Source: Octopus bimaculoides | Taxonomy: Eukaryota | NCBI RefSeq assembly: GCF_001194135.2 | Contig: NC_069001.1 | Coordinates: forward strand, 39,313,201 to 39,377,200 | Length of the DNA: 64,000 nt | Direction of reading: 5' to 3' | Part shown: piece by piece, positions 63,305 to 64,000 of the stretch | How positions within the stretch are numbered: the first letter of the stretch is position 1 | Layout of the letters: every line of letters starts with the position of its first letter | Program-made: the position numbers and the translations under genes | The notes under the pieces: model-generated | Told to the model about the DNA's origin: nothing | Seen by the model: the letters and a program-made list of their open reading frames with translations, nothing else | The model's database searches: none

Positions 63305-63810
63305 ATTATTCAACTACTACCGCAACCATAGGATGAATTTGATCAGATAAAATGCTTAAACAGTCTTGACTATTAATTCTGCCATGAAGGGAAACCATTG
63401 GGCCAGCGGATTTCCAAGAAATAGCTCCCCAGTTCATCACAGATACTACTCCATGTTTAACAGTTGGAAGAAGGCAAACTGGGTCAAATGTTTCTTTTGG
63501 CTGTCTCCACACGTATACTTGGCCGGTGGTCGGAAATAACGTTCTTCCACTGCTCTAGGGACCAATTCCGTCGGTTTTTACTCCACTCTAAATGCTTTGC
63601 AACGTTTGTTTTTGAAAGTAGTGGTTTTCTGATTGCAGCCCTTCCATGGAATCCGGCTTTGTGCAGCTCCCGACGAACAGTTTTTGTGGAAACTGGATTC
63701 TCGAGGTGGTCATTTAGCTCTGCACTGAATTTGGGAGCTATACTTATGTGATACTTTCTAACAATTCGCGTAAGAGTCCGACGGTCCCTACCTGAAACTC
63801 CTGTCTGTTT
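63305..63810 (-). mobile_element. Tc1-like transposase fragment (HTH2 to mid-DDE), frameshifted
   Basis: RDRRTLTRIVRK...VSTKTVRRELHKAGFHGRAAIRKPLLS...WKNVISD / VWRQPKETFDPVCLLPTVKHG..SVMNWGAIS...GRINSQD.LSILSDQIHP. Confidence 0.9.
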
Positions 63811-63964
63811 ATGATGCTCCACCACTGGCCTCACCCTCTGAACAAATTTCACTGGAGAGCAGGTCCCGCCCTCGCTATTCTCACTTTCATTTAATGATAA
63901 TGCTAAACAATAATCGTTTGAGTTATGCATAAATTTGAGGACAGCGACAAAGCATTGAAAGTGA

Positions 63965-64000
63965 TGCCAGTACTTGACTGGTTCTCTTTTTTATGGACCC
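63965..64000 (-). mobile_element. Edge fragment of SINE family E
   Basis: tgccagtacttgactggtt...tttatggaccc resembles the reverse complement of the family E central domain. Confidence 0.45.

Overview
This is AT-rich animal (eukaryotic) genomic DNA from a gapped short-read-style scaffold: 10 N-gaps, about 3.3 kb, almost all flanked by microsatellites. The repeat families look like those I recall from Octopus/coleoid cephalopod genomes (inference, not a database result). No host protein-coding gene can be identified, and most ORF-track entries are microsatellite or gap artefacts. Supported content: (i) decayed retroelements (three R4/Dong-like RLE-LINE fragments, one RTE-LINE 3' end, a possible Penelope-like end with a degenerate hammerhead core, many tRNA-derived SINEs of several families, one unclassified dispersed repeat); (ii) DNA transposon relics (an internally deleted Tc1 with both TIRs, a mariner left end, a Tc1 transposase fragment, two TA-flanked MITEs); (iii) several long foldback palindromes between 49 and 62.5 kb; (iv) dense simple repeats. 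The most interesting signal is a pair of mutually similar + strand cassettes 11.9 kb apart (1816-1911 and 13704-13800). Each has a branch point, polypyrimidine tract, AG|GTAAGTT, a 57-59 nt cryptic exon and CAG|GTAAGATA. This is the architecture of recursive-splicing ratchet points with RS-exons known from Drosophila and vertebrates, and suggests the window lies inside a very long, recursively spliced intron. This needs RNA evidence.
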